A stretch of 64,000 bases of DNA from Podarcis bocagei (Eukaryota). Position numbers and translations under genes: made by a program. Below the pieces are notes generated by a model. It had not been told where the DNA came from, did not search any database, and saw only the letters and a program-made list of their open reading frames with translations. This document shows positions 1 to 12,805 of this stretch, piece after piece. Each line of letters begins with the position of its first letter. Positions within the stretch are counted from its first letter, which is position 1. Location of the stretch: assembly GCA_964188305.1 (NCBI GenBank), contig OZ076885.1; one strand, given 5' to 3'.

Positions 1-344
1 AGGCATCATTGAAATAAGCAAATGAAATCCCTGACCAAGATGGGCCTGCTTTGTATGTCTCCCTTCACACAAGCATTGTTTTAAGTCATGGTAGGTTGCA
101 AAGGGGGTGTGCGAACCTTTTAGGAGGCCCCCGGCTGCCAGAACTTACAATATAGCACAAGAAGTTGCAACCAATATTGGAGCAGTGAGCAATGACCATA
201 TTTTGTTGGTGTCTCCCCCTTAACATTTGGGAAGCAGCAGAGTGCCTGACCTCACCTCAACGACACTGGCAAAATGAAGGCTGCAATCCTAAGTAGGCTA
301 GCTAGGGAGCAAATCTGCATTGCAGCTGACAAGTAGAAACAGCA

Positions 345-530
345 ACAGTAATAATAATAATAATATTTATACCCCACTCTGGGCAGCTTACAGCATATAT
401 AAAACATAGTAAAATATCAAACATTAAAAACTTCCTGATACAGGGCTGCCTTCAGATGTCTTCTAAAAGTTATGTAGTTCTTTATGTCCTTGACATCTGA
501 AGGGAGGGCGTTCCACAGGGACGGTTCTAC
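345..530 (-). mobile_element. L2/CR1-group LINE 3' end
   Basis: ORF end PSLWNALPSDVKDIKNYITFRRHLKAALY and (TAT)n tail. Confidence 0.7.
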
Positions 531-3500
531 TACCATATAGAAGCCGCGGCCATAAACTAGAAGTGGGAAATGTGAATCATAAAACAGTCCAGACCTTCGC
601 GGAACAACGGTGCTCCGACATTGCAAAGAGGTTGTATCAAAGCTGACTAGAACATACGTTCAATTAAAAACACCCTCTCTTCTATTAGCAGTATTCAAAA
701 GTGACGCATCCCAGACAGGAAGGCTTTTACGGCATTACATGCAAAAGTACACTAAAACAGGGGAGATGATTTCAATCTCTAGTGCCCCAAGGTGGTGCGT
801 GCAAACATACAGAGCAATACTTTCTCCAGATCCACATCTTGAGTTGTGGCTGCAAAGGACAGCAGTGAAAGGAGGACTTTAGGGGAGAAGTTGAGGGCCT
901 CATTCAGCATAAGGGCTCCCAAACATGGCAGGGATGACTTACCAGGTTTGGAATACAGGTAAGGAATACAGGTTTTGAAGTAAGTGGAAAAAATACACAT
1001 TATCATCAAAGGAATCCCAAACCCTTTAAAGCCAGCAACAACTGCACTGATGGAGACCAGCCTAGTGCCAGAAAAGTCCTCGGCTGCTTTCTCAACACAA
1101 GCATATCTTCTTCGCCTGTGCTAGACTTAAAAGAAACTAACAATGTTCTGTGATACCACACAGTTAGGACAAAAAAATGCCCTCGGAAATGTTTCCCCTC
1201 CAAACATTTCAGGGCCTCTCCTAAATTTTCATACCCAAATAATTTTTTGGCGGGGGCCATTTCATAGCGCTACAGGCCCTCCAGACAGCAATAATGTGTT
1301 AGCATTGGGGAAGCATCCCAGAAAGAATAAAGCAAAATAAATCCACCATAAAATGAACTGTTGCTGTGTCAAGAACATGTTGCAGAATACACCCATAAGT
1401 GAACACCAGCTTGGAGGAACCCTTTGAGATATTATGCCTGGAGGACAAATCTACCTGCTCATATCTTTTGCCCCATGACAAACTGCTGTAGAAGAAGAAT
1501 TTGGAACATCTAATATCTGCAGCAGTAAGAGGTATAAAGCAGTAAGGGGGAAAAAGGGATATATGCAGACCAATACCTGCAATCAGCACTTGTAGCATTT
1601 TAGGAATTCTCTTTCCTGAAGTAACTGAGTTTCTTGAATGGATAAAGTCATAGAGAGATGTCATGTTATTTTAAGATAGGCTGTAATATATATGACACAC
1701 AAAGGAACAAAATTCACTAGAAATGTAGACTTAACAACTGTGCTTTTCCAATCAGTTTCTGGTCAGTTTCCGGGCTCAATTCAAAGTGGGGTTTTTTAAC
1801 CTTTAAAGCTCTTCATAGTATCTATATGCTAAGATCTTCAACAGAGGTCCTTCTCTGGGTTCCCCCACTGTTAAGAAAAAAATCCTGGGGTACAGGACTT
1901 ACTCCACAACCCAGCTCGTTGGGGTGCCACTCCCCACGGGTCCCTCTGGTCAGCAAAGAAGGAGTCTCCATCCAAGTTACAGAAGCAAATCAGTGGTCAG
2001 TGGACCTGATCTTTATTTGTTGCAACCAAGGTTCAAATGCAAAAAGAGAAAGAACCCAGAGCATGGAGCTGCACAGACTTCTGAAACTTTCCCAGCTTTC
2101 CCATAATACGTCACTCACATGATCATCAAAATGTCACGAAAGAGGAGTGGTTGGCATGCAGAAACATGAAACTGTCACCCACCCCTGTCAATCATTCCAG
2201 TTCCCAACAACTTTTAACTACCCTTTTCCGCAAAGAACAATAAAAGTATTAAACATCCCCCTAGCTGCAAAGCTTTCCTGCATTTCTCCTTTGAAAGTAT
2301 CAGGAATCAATCCACCATCCTAATGAGATTCTGCCCTTGATTGCCTCTTGCCTCCTATTGTAAGGCTAAGTTCACACCTTACAGAGAGGCAAGGGATAAG
2401 TGACCATATGTTTAAGGAATTATGGAGGCAGGGTGAGCCCTGGATTCCCCTCTTCCAGAGGACTCATTAGCCATTGGAACCAAGGAAATTGGTCAAACCG
2501 TTGAATTTTGGTGATTATTTGAAGTTCCTACAATTTTCTATATTGGATAGTCGGAGGAAACAGTACGATAAATCATACAATTTACTGCTACAATTTTATA
2601 GACTGCTTTTCTGAGCCGCTTTGCTGTTGTGCATAGATGGTGCTTGTGTAAACGGTGAAGGAGATTAGTCTGGCTCATTGTCCTGGCCTTAGTTCGAGGC
2701 TGTGGTGGGGACCTGGGATTTTGGGGGAGTCGTTTAACTGTCCCCCATCCCTGGTTTTAATACCCACTATCTGAGGGAGGGTGCTATGAAGGGAAGGGCC
2801 TTCTTAGTGGTGGCACCATGACTGGAATGCTCTCCCCAAGTATCCTTGCATGAAGTCATTTTGGCAACTTTTAAATTTTTTTCTCAGGTTTTAATATAGT
2901 TTGATGTGCTTTATATTGGCTGGGTTTTCTATTTTTATACTGCTCCTAGCGATTTTCGTTTGTTTAATGTTTTGATTTGTATGTTTTTAATTTATTTAAC
3001 TAGGCTTTGAAATTTGTAAAGTTGCTATGGAAATGTTAATGAAGAGTGGGGTAATAATCCCCAAAAGAGATGTAATTAAATAAACACAGTGCAATACTGG
3101 CAAGTAAGCTGGCCACTGGGTAGGTGAAAAATTATGGTCCCTTAACATGAGTTCATGTAAGAACAAAGTTGTTCAGCATGAGGGCAAACTCACTGGTTGA
3201 GGGCTGTGGAAGAGGTAGCAGAAAAGACCCTCACATGATTAACTATCAAACCAAGATGTGGTATGAAAGGCAGCAAAAAGGGCGGTTGTGGGGGAAGTGT
3301 GAATATAAAGGAAATAAGTTTATAAGAAAGAAAAAAAGGGGGGGGTAATAAATGTGTACAAGCCTTTGTGACTTTCCAGGCAAGACTGAAGGGTATGCAG
3401 ATCTTAGGCATAGAGTGTGAGGCTGAAGCAGTCTTATCCTATGCATGTCTATTAATCTGCAAGTGCCATTGATGGGGCTTACTTCCAGATATGTGTGTGC

Positions 3501-6500
3501 ATAGGATTATAGCCCAATCACAAATATACACCTTTTTGTTTTTCTTATTACCTGGGTGCAGCATGGTCCCCTGTGTTAAAGCAGAACAAGTAGAAAAATC
3601 AGATGAGGATGAAGAAGTATGAAACAGGGTGTTACTACGTTTGTTTGTGTAAGCATGTGAGAAAGAGAGAATGCGCCAAGGGGCCATGCCCACTGACAAG
3701 CGGTCCTTGAGTGTCTAGTCAGCACCACATGTGACTCTCAGCTTGCCCACTCCTGCTGTAAAGAAAGACCATGGGGCCATGGGGCCAGGTAGGAAGATCC
3801 AGAAGGTAGCTAGGCCTGAAGGGTTTCTGTTTCTTATGAAACATAGCAGCACAGGGGAACTCAGATGTAAGAAGTGATGGCAAGAGAGAGAAAGAGATGG
3901 AGGAGCAGAAGAGGAGTGAATTCAGTGCTCATGTCAGTAGGTGGAGATATGTGAGCCATGATGTGTTCTAGGAGATCAAATTTCAAGGTCATACATGTGC
4001 ACTATAATACATCACTGCCTTCAAAGCTTTAGGAGACCGACATTCTGCCTTGTTTAGTGTTCTAGAAGGACATGTGTCAGTAACTTTTGTACAACTTCTG
4101 TTATATGCTCTTGCTTTCCATGTAAACCCCACTCCTCCTTAGCAACAGGTCTTCTCCAATGCATTCAAACTGAGTGAAAAATAATGGTGGTAAAGCACAA
4201 TAAAAATGATGTATAATAATGACAGCAAAAGCTGGGGAGGTCTTATCATACAGCCATTAACTCTGGATCCCCAAAAGAATAAGCAACCCAGTCACCACAA
4301 GAGAGACTAGATCACTGTTCCTGATGTGTTTTGATAAGACAGGGGGGAATCTGCAGGTCTCCCCTGCATGACAGAATCCCTGAAGTGTATCGGGGATGGC
4401 TTTGTTTGGAACTCAGCAAAGTAAAAGGACCGGCCATTTAGCTCTGCTCTGTGTTCAGAACCTCTGGGAGACAAATTCACTGTCTTATCGGTTCCTGGCA
4501 TCCCGCTATTTGGGCGGCTGCGCCTCCCTCAGTTGTGTCTGCCAGGCCTGTACTGTACTGGGCTTCGTTCCCCAGCACAGCAGGCACTGTGACCTGACCC
4601 CACTGGGCGACTCCAAGCTCAGTCCACAACAGCTTTCCCTTACTCTGTAGCAAGTTGGGAAACAATCCTTTATATGGTCTGCAAGCTGCTGGCTCACTGG
4701 ACACCACAAGGATATTTGGCCGGTTGAAGTCATTGACTATTAATGTTCTAGCGAGGAAAAATGGGCCGTCTCCCTCCTCCGGCACTGTGCACAGCCCTTG
4801 CCCACACACACCCTCTCTCCCCTTGCAGATGAGCATTGACCCCAACTTGCTGACCAACTTCTCTATTCCAGTTCAGGGCTTCCCATAAAAATAGTTCTGA
4901 CTCCATTCTGTGATTCCACCCTCATCCTGCTAGTCTAATCCTCAGCTCCCTGTAAATAGCTCCCTTTGTGCCCCATGATTCCTGCAAACCTGTCCCTGGG
5001 ATTACAGATAGAAATAACTCTACTTAACCCCCCCCCCCGCCCCACTACTCAAGCTGCAGACCAGCCCTCAACAATGTCCCCAGAATGGGCTCAGCCCACA
5101 TTCCAGTGTTTTAGCTATAGCAAAATGGCTATCTCTAGAGATGTGCCAATATCTTTCCGACATGGCCTGAAGCCTCCCAATTCTTTCTGATTTTAGTTAC
5201 TGTAAGCAGGCAGGACACATATGCTTAAAATAATAATATGACCATTTGCAGTCTGGTCTTGGAAATGCTTTATTTCTAAAATGTAAGATGTGGGAGCCCA
5301 GGCCTTTTTGAAAGTCCTGTTTTCTTCTTGAAACCCTTCCTCATAAAACCAGGATATGTGGTGTGTTAACTTACATGTTGCATTTTAGTTACTGTTGAGT
5401 GAAGGAAATGCACTCTGCATATGCTCAAATCCCTTTTCTCTACTATGCTGTACCACCATGAACAGGCTGCAGGGCTAACTCTTATGTTATAAAAAGGATC
5501 ACATGAACCTCCAATAGCCCCTGTCTGACTGCTGATACTGCCTGCTGGTTTTGATAGCATCTAAAATGAGTTTACTAATGTGTATCCATTCTTTAAAATT
5601 AGTATTTGGGAGAGAAAGCTGGCGAGAGAGATTGTGAAGAATGTGCCAGTGATTTGTGGTATCTAAATGTAAACATCTGCTTTGTAAGTTGCAGGAAATT
5701 GCATATTTTGTAGTTACAAAGTAGGTAAGGTGATACCTTCTCCTGCCAGTATAGGAGTTTGCAAGCTTTTGAGTTACACAGAACTTGCCATTAGGCAGAA
5801 CGGAAAGGTACCGTCTATGCCAAAATAGTCTACAGCCAGCATTTCAAAAAACCTTAAAAGAGGGGGGCAGGCCTCATTCACTCAATAGCTTTGATTGCTC
5901 ACTACCACACCATGACTCACTGGCTCACATAACAAGGGTGTACTTATGTTCATTCTTCCATTGTTAGGAGGGTACACTGATGTCTTATCCCATAACCTGA
6001 AAAGGAACAGAAAGAAGTGTGTACCCCACTTTCCTCTCACCAGCTCCTGAGCAAGTGGGTCCTGGGATTTATTGTCTGTGCGCGGTGCAGGATGAGGGGG
6101 AAGGGAGGGAAGAGGAGAGGGGGAGGGGGCAAAGGAAGCTATGCCTGGCAAGGCCCTGGGATAGATTGACCCTGACAGATGTTTACAGTGGTGCTGAGGA
6201 AGGGGGGTTATTATAGAGCCGCAGACTAAACAGACCTTGATGCAGGGAGGGGCAGATAGCACTGCCCCCAGCCCCACCAAATCTCCAATCTAAAGTGAGG
6301 GGGGCAGGTTCTAGGATGGGGTCCCACGGAGGAAGCAGCATAGGAGATGGCGAGCTTGTGGCAAAATTATCCTATCCTCTGCCACTGAATTTTGCCCAGA
6401 CGGTTTCCAAAGTCAGGCAGCTACTGAAGAACTAAACAGTGAGGTTTAAATGTGGTGAGATTAGAGGGAGAGATGTCCAAAGGAATATACATACGCAGGA

Positions 6501-8149
6501 GGCTGCAGTGAGCGACTCAGGGGAAGAGGCTGATCGTTGGAGGGAATTCCTTGTGAGGGAAGAGAGGGAGCCAGGCCAGAACAATACAGTGACCTTTCTG
6601 GCCTCGCAAGAAACCACGGAGGTTCCTGACGTCAGAGGCCCATTACGAAAGTGCCTGTTCCCAACTCAGGGAAAGGTCATGTCTGGTTCCAACACATTTT
6701 CATCCAACTGGCATCTTTCTCGGCATGTAGTGGTGTGCATGCGTGTGTATGTAATGGGAGAAAATGGGGGCGGTGGAGGAAATCCCGTCACTTCCCAGAA
6801 CTGGGAGATCCTGCCATGGTTCTGCCAACAATTGTCCATCAATCTGAATTGATAATCCAGAGCTGGTGAGAGAATTCCAGCGTTCAGTTCCAAAGACAGG
6901 CTTTAAGCTCAGCCTGCAGGCCTCAGGCTTCCTTTGCATGTGCACACACATACACGCTCAAATTTCACGTATAATTGCACAGGAAACCTATTCACATCAA
7001 TTTTTGCAGTCAAACATGCATTTAGAGATTTGTGAGGAAACCCTACACCCATTTTATTTCTATATATCTTTAAATGTACACACGCACGCGCGCACACAGC
7101 CATTTTGGCTCTCTGAGGGCCCTCAATAGTATACTACACAGCATTCTCTCATCTGAAGCGGTTCCCAAAGTCAGAGCTGGCCCAATATATTTTTCTGCCT
7201 GAAGCAGAAGACAAGCTGGACACCCACACAGACACTCACAAATTCCACATACTGGACTGGCAGGTGAAACTTACTGTAATACAGAGCTGGCCCAAGACAT
7301 TTTGCTGCCTGAGGCAGAATGGCAAACAGCATCCACTCCTCTCGCCAAGTCCTGGTCACATTAATGATAGGCTGGCCAAGTTATTTTGGCACCTGAGGTG
7401 GAGAATCCCACAAGTACCTTTTCCTGAGAGTAAAAATTAACAGCAGCATTCTACTAGATCCGTGTGTGGAAGGAACAACTTCCACTTGTGAAATAGGACT
7501 CCCCCCCACCACCACCATTCACATTCCCAAATCTGCTCCTGAGGGTTGGAAGAAGCCCCAGAATGAATTTAGAGGGCTTGTTGGTCAAGCGGATTTCCAC
7601 ATGCACAAAAAATTACATAGTGCCACGGCTGAATAAAACCCAACGTTTTCAGCCCTTTTGTGACATTCAAACCCAGCTGCCTGAGGCAGCCACCTCACTC
7701 AGCCTGATAACTAGAAAGCATCCTCCACCATGCCCGAGGGCAGCAGGCAGTTTTGTGGGGGCACAGGGCAGGCCATGTGGCACACATTGCCTTTTCCTCT
7801 GACTAAGGGGAACACTCAAGGGGCTTAGGGGAAACAGCCAAGCAGGGCTAACACTGCTGACCAGCACCTGCCACCTAAGGTGGTTGCCTCACTCTGCCTT
7901 TTGCAATTTCTGAAGGCCAAATCATGGCTGAGGGCAGCTACTCAAGCCCTGCTAGTGGGCCTCACAAAGCATCTGTCCAGCTGCTGCTAGGAATTGAATG
8001 CTGGGCTACATCAATCTTTCACACGTTCCAGAGCTCTTCTTATGTTCTTAAACCTTTTTGGGCTCTTGTCTAGTAATCTGGAATACTGCCCCCACTTTCA
8101 TTTTAATGGAAATGTAGGCAAATTGGACAAAGCACATTTTATTGAGAAA

Positions 8150-8410
8150 GGTGGAAGGATCTGGTTATGTTCAGCCTGGAGAAAAGAAGGCTGAGGGGGT
8201 AAATGAAGCACTCTTCAAATACCTGAAAGGATGTCACCAGAAGGGCTTCCTTCTGTCTGCTCCAGAAGGAAGGACTAGATCTAATAGGCTTGAGTTAGGA
8301 GACACCTCTTGATGGTGACAACAGTTTAACAATGGCAGTGATTATATAGGAGTGGGAAAAGACTCTTCCTCATTGGAGGTTGTCAAGCAAGAGGCTGGAA
8401 GGCATCTCAG
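8150..8410 (+). mobile_element. CR1 LINE 3' fragment
   Basis: tgttcagcctggagaaaagaaggctgagggg ... ttcaaatacctgaaagg is typical of the CR1 ORF2 end. Confidence 0.65.
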
Positions 8411-9749
8411 CCTCTGGCTTCCCTGAGAATTTTGCTGCCTGAGGTGAAGGACAAGATAGCATTTGATTTCCTGTATAGAAGCTGACTGGACTGGTAGTTT
8501 AACCTAACTTCAGTACTGGTGAGTGATGATGGGATAGTGTCCTCTACTACATGTGAGGCAGCAGGCTAGTTTAGTGGGGGAGGGCCAAATTGGGTAGAAT
8601 ACACAGCTCTGTCTTCCAACAGAGGGAAATAGCCTGGGGGCTTCAGAGGATGAACTGCTGCTTGAGGTCCTAATGGTAGGACTGGCCCTGGCTGAACATG
8701 ACTGGCTACAAGGCCCTCTCCAATTCTATGACTGGTAGAGTTAATGCATGGTGATTCCTGCCTCAAGTGACCAGAGAGAAGAAGAAATATGAGAAAACAA
8801 CTTCCACTTATCAGAGACTGTACATACATTAATTCCCATCAAAAAGTAGTGAGGAAAATCTGCTCTTAAAACCCCCCACCACAGACTGGACAGTAATATG
8901 TCACTAAGTAATATGGGCACTAAGGAACACTGAACAAAAGGGCCTTTGACATAAGGAATGTGTGGCAGGAAGATCCCTGGTTCTTATTTTCTGGCCCTGT
9001 CTTTTCCATATACTTTGGCAATACATGCCATGTCTATAAAAGCAACCCTGCCTTTTGAGTCCCTGTTCCAGAATGTCAGTTTTTTTAAGCACAAAACTCA
9101 ATGAGAAAATAAGCAAACAGTCCAACAATCCAAACAGGGTGAAAATGCCTGAACAGAAAAAATCAACAAGTTGTTCAAGATAACATATCAACCTTTGTGA
9201 ACCTTATACACCAGCACTGTGGAAGTTGACTGAGAGGTAAGCCCCACAGAGTTCAATGCAAATACCCATAGGATTGCAGCCTTAAATGTGATGCCCACTT
9301 AAGGGTTTATGGGCCTCCTATGATTCCCTATCACAGCAAAAAACTAAGGCAACGGTACTTGACAGCAAGCATGACTGGATTTTGAGTGTTCTTTGCTTTT
9401 TGGTGCATGACTTATCCATGATTTTTTGCAACTGAATAAACACTCATTACAAGGCACTAAGGATGCAACCTAGGTATAAGCTCATTGGGTGGACTAACTT
9501 CTCCTATCCAAGTACTAACCAGGCCTAACCTGGCTTTGCTTCAGGGCAGACTTAATTCTGAGCAAGCATGCACTGGACTGTTCTGCACCTCTGAGTCTCC
9601 CTCACCCTATTTATGTGCACGTTTGAATGTTGTAAATGCAGTCTAGAAGGCAGATGAGAACAATCTTTAAATAAAGATGCATTTTCTAGTAGCCAGTGTT
9701 GGTTCTGCATTCACATTACTGATGCAGCAAACGCAAAAGTCTTTTATGC

Positions 9750-10030
9750 CACAGTCCTCTGCATGTTTACTCAGAAGTAAGCCCCTTTGTGTTCAATGAG
9801 GCATACTCCCTTGTGTGTTTAGGACCTCAGCCTCTTAAGGCAATCCTATACACAGAAACAAGTTCTATCAAGTTCCAGTGGGTCTTTCTCCCAGGACTGG
9901 AGAATACAGGACTGTACCTTTGCATAGCAATCCTATACACGTTTACCCAGAAGAAGCAAGTCCTGCTATGGGCCTTACTCCTGGCTATGAGTGCAAAGGC
10001 TTGCAGTGCTCTGCATGACAGGATCCTTTA
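9750..10030. repeat. Tandem cluster of short fold-back elements (caatcctat...taggattgcag family)
   Basis: About three consecutive copies. Others at about 280-330, 3430-3515, 9200-9285, 16230-16310, 36350-36420 and 46670-46750. Confidence 0.6.
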
Positions 10031-10289
10031 AACGGCAAATGAGTTCAAAACTCCTGTGTTGCCTGGATGAATAAATCAGAGAAAGAACAGCAACTCTTCA
10101 CCTAGGAATCCAAGAGGTTTGCTTATATATTTCAAAAAAAATTCTTCCTTCTATTCTCCAAAAGCCTGATTTCCAGAAGATAACAACGTAGAGTATCTCC
10201 TCACCTGTCAAGTGAGGAAGGGGGGGATACAGTAGATCAACCTTAGGGAATCGGGATCGACTTTATGGGGTGTGGATTGAAAACAGCGC

Positions 10290-11360
10290 TAAGAGCATTT
10301 ACCTGATTCGTACACCTCTCGGCCAGACAGTGAGGCATCATTGAGCTGAACTGAAAACGGACGGTGGGGTGGGGTGGGGGGCCGATTGGGGTGGGGGGTG
10401 TTGCTCGCTTGTGACTCACTCCCCTTTCTGTTTGGGTTGGCTGAGCCCCGCGGTGCCGTGAGCCCCCACGAAGGTTTTTTTTTTTTTAACAGCTCAGCCC
10501 CACATGTTATGGTGTGAGAGCCTGGGCGGGGCGGGGGCGAGAGGAGGAGGAGGAGGGTCGAGTTTCCAGAGTTGCAGGCGATGTTGGTTCCAAAACAAAC
10601 AACAAAGCTGGCCGTAGAATTTACGTGGCGTGGTGGGGGGAGGCTGAAGGGGTCGAGGGGTGTGGACGACGGCAAGCTGGGCACAGATTAAGGTGGCCCT
10701 GAGGCGAGAATGGGAAGAAGCAATCAAAACATGGCGGAAAGGGGCCGCAGCGCATTTTTGCAACTTTTTAGAATGCGATCTGAAGAAAAGAGCTTCTTCA
10801 CCGGGGGAGGGGGTGCATTTACTTTTTCTCCCTCACGTACAAAAGAGAAGTTGGATCAGGCTAGATAAGGACGTGATTGCGGCCTGCAGAAAAGGTGGTA
10901 GATACGGGAGAGGGAGGAAGGGAACTGATTTGTGGGGCCCTGAACTTCCGCGGCCATTGCAATCAACGAGCTGTATTCATTTATTTTAAGATTTGTATCC
11001 CGCTTTGTCACCGGAACTCCGAAAGCGGCCGCCAGTATAAAAAGCCCTCTAAAAACCAGACCAGAAGAGTTAGTCGGGTTGTTTAATGGCGGCTGGAGTT
11101 ACGGGGAATGCGTATGGTGAGCCCAGAAAGCTCACCGTGGAAGATTCTCGCAGCATTTCTCCAGACGTTTTATTTTATGGATTCTAAGCGAATAGGTACA
11201 TGGAAAAGATAATAGACTAGTCCCAGCAGATTTATCTTGGGAGGAAGGTCGCGTCTATGATTTACGTGATAAGGAAGTTTTATTTTTGCATTCGCAAATA
11301 TTTTTTGATTCTCGAGGCTGAAAGTCAGAGCAACAAGCCAAGAAAATAGGCGCCCTGTCT
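10290..11360. promoter_or_regulatory. Orphan CpG-rich island (promoter/enhancer) within CLCF1 intron 1
   Basis: Local CpG retention, tandem GC boxes (about 10523-10538), AP-1 TGACTCA (10412-10418), YY1-type AACATGGCGG (10728-10737). Confidence 0.55.
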
Positions 11361-11630
11361 TTAGGAGTCAGTACAAGAGATCACTCTGCCCACCTCACCC
11401 TCGAAAAAATTAAAGGAGCAACTGGTTGCCCTTATGTTTAGCGGGGAGGGCTTAATCTAAATCTAAATCTCCAGAGTGAAAGAGACTACTGGGAGAGGAA
11501 AGGGTGTAAAGGGAGCAATTGCTTTTCACTTTGCAGGTATGCATAATACTTTGAAAGGAAGCCTTTGATGCAGTGAACTGGGGTAGACACCCTTCCTCTC
11601 CTGGTTCACACATAAAGGGAAGGACTAAGA

Positions 11631-11868
11631 CAGGCATGTCCAAAGTCCATATCGGGGCCTGCCGGTCAATTTTATCCGGCCCCCGCTCAATTTTATCCGG
11701 CCCCCGCGGCAGTATATGTCCTGGGGTAAAACCCTAAAGCTCAACAACTTTGGGGCAAACTTCAATCCTAAAAAAACTCAACAACAAAGTTCAACAACTT
11801 TGGTCAGCCCTCGCACATGTTTACTTCATGAAATCTGGTCCTCTTTGAAAAAAGTTTGGGCACCCCTA
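11631..11868. mobile_element. Non-autonomous hAT DNA transposon (MITE)
   Basis: Imperfect TIRs CAGGCATGTCCAAA / TTTGGGCACCCCTA; perfect 8-bp TSD GACTAAGA (11623-11630, 11869-11876). Confidence 0.85.
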
Positions 11869-12038
11869 GACTAAGAGGATTTAGCAAATGGAAGTTGGGG
11901 TAGGGAAGAGGCAGAAACCAAGTAAATGTAATATGGAGGGGGAAATGAGTTCATTAATGGGCCAGAGGCACATTGGAGTTGACCCAGGATTGCAAGTGGA
12001 GCAGAAGCGTGTTGGAGAGTGCATTTTGTACTACTTAG

Positions 12039-12378
12039 GGTAAAGGTAAAGGGACCCCTGACCATTAGGTCCAGTCGCGGACGACTCTGGGGTTGCAGCG
12101 CTCATCTCGCTTTATTGGCCGAGGGAGCTGGCGTACAGCTAATGGGTCATGTGGCCAGCATGACTAAGCCGCTTCTGGCAAACCAGAGCAGTGCACAGAA
12201 ACGCCGTTTACCTTCCCTATTTATCTACTTGCACTTTGATGTGCTTTTGAACTGCTAGGTTGGCAGGAGCAGGGACCCAGCAACGGGAGCTCACCCCGTC
12301 ATGGGGTTTCGAACAGCCAACCTTCTGATCGGCAAGCCCTAGGCTCTGTGGTTTAACCCACAGTGCTACCCACGTCCC
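12039..12378 (-). mobile_element. Sauria SINE (lacertid type), near full length
   Basis: tRNA-like head GGGACGTGGGTAGCACTGTGGGTTAAACC, tail GGGGTCCCTTTACCTTTAC; flanking repeat ACTACTTA (12030-12037, 12382-12389). Confidence 0.92.
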
Positions 12379-12712
12379 ATCACTACTTATGGTACGTAAG
12401 ATTATATATGTACCCTTAACACCTTTAATCTTGCTTCTGTGCAAAATCAGAGTGGTTATGAAATGTTGAAAGCATTCTGTATATTCAGAAAGGTTGAAGG
12501 AAGAGTCTTACATATGTGTTCAGAACTAGCTGTAGTAGATACTCTGGATAACTTAATACTGTATGACATTTAAAGTGCTACCCTGAAACTGAGAGGGCAC
12601 CCCCTTTGCCATAAACTATCTCAATGACTTACTATGGTACCCGAGGGAGCGGGTGGCACTGTGGTCTAAACCACTGTCAGCAGTTTGAATCTATGCAACA
12701 GGATAAGCTCTA

Positions 12713-12805
12713 AATAAAAAAATTCCTTCCAGTAGCACCTTAAAGACCAACTAAGTTAGTTCTTGGTATGAGCTTTCGTGTGCATGCACACTTCTTCAGA
12801 TACGA
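12713..12805 (-). mobile_element. 93-bp Penelope-like element terminal fragment inserted in a Sauria SINE
   Basis: Flanked by a 13-bp direct repeat AGGATAAGCTCTA (12700-12712, 12806-12818). Contains gcaccttaaagac...agctttcgtg...cttcttcagat, which I recognise from squamate Penelope ends. Confidence 0.75.
12766..12803 (-). ncRNA. Minimal type I hammerhead ribozyme motif (Penelope-like element type)
   Basis: - strand GUAU-CUGAAGA-A-GUGUGCAUGCACAC-GAAA-GC-UC/AUAC: stem I GUAU/AUAC, CUGANGA and GAAA cores, palindromic stem II, CUC cleavage triplet. Confidence 0.75.
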
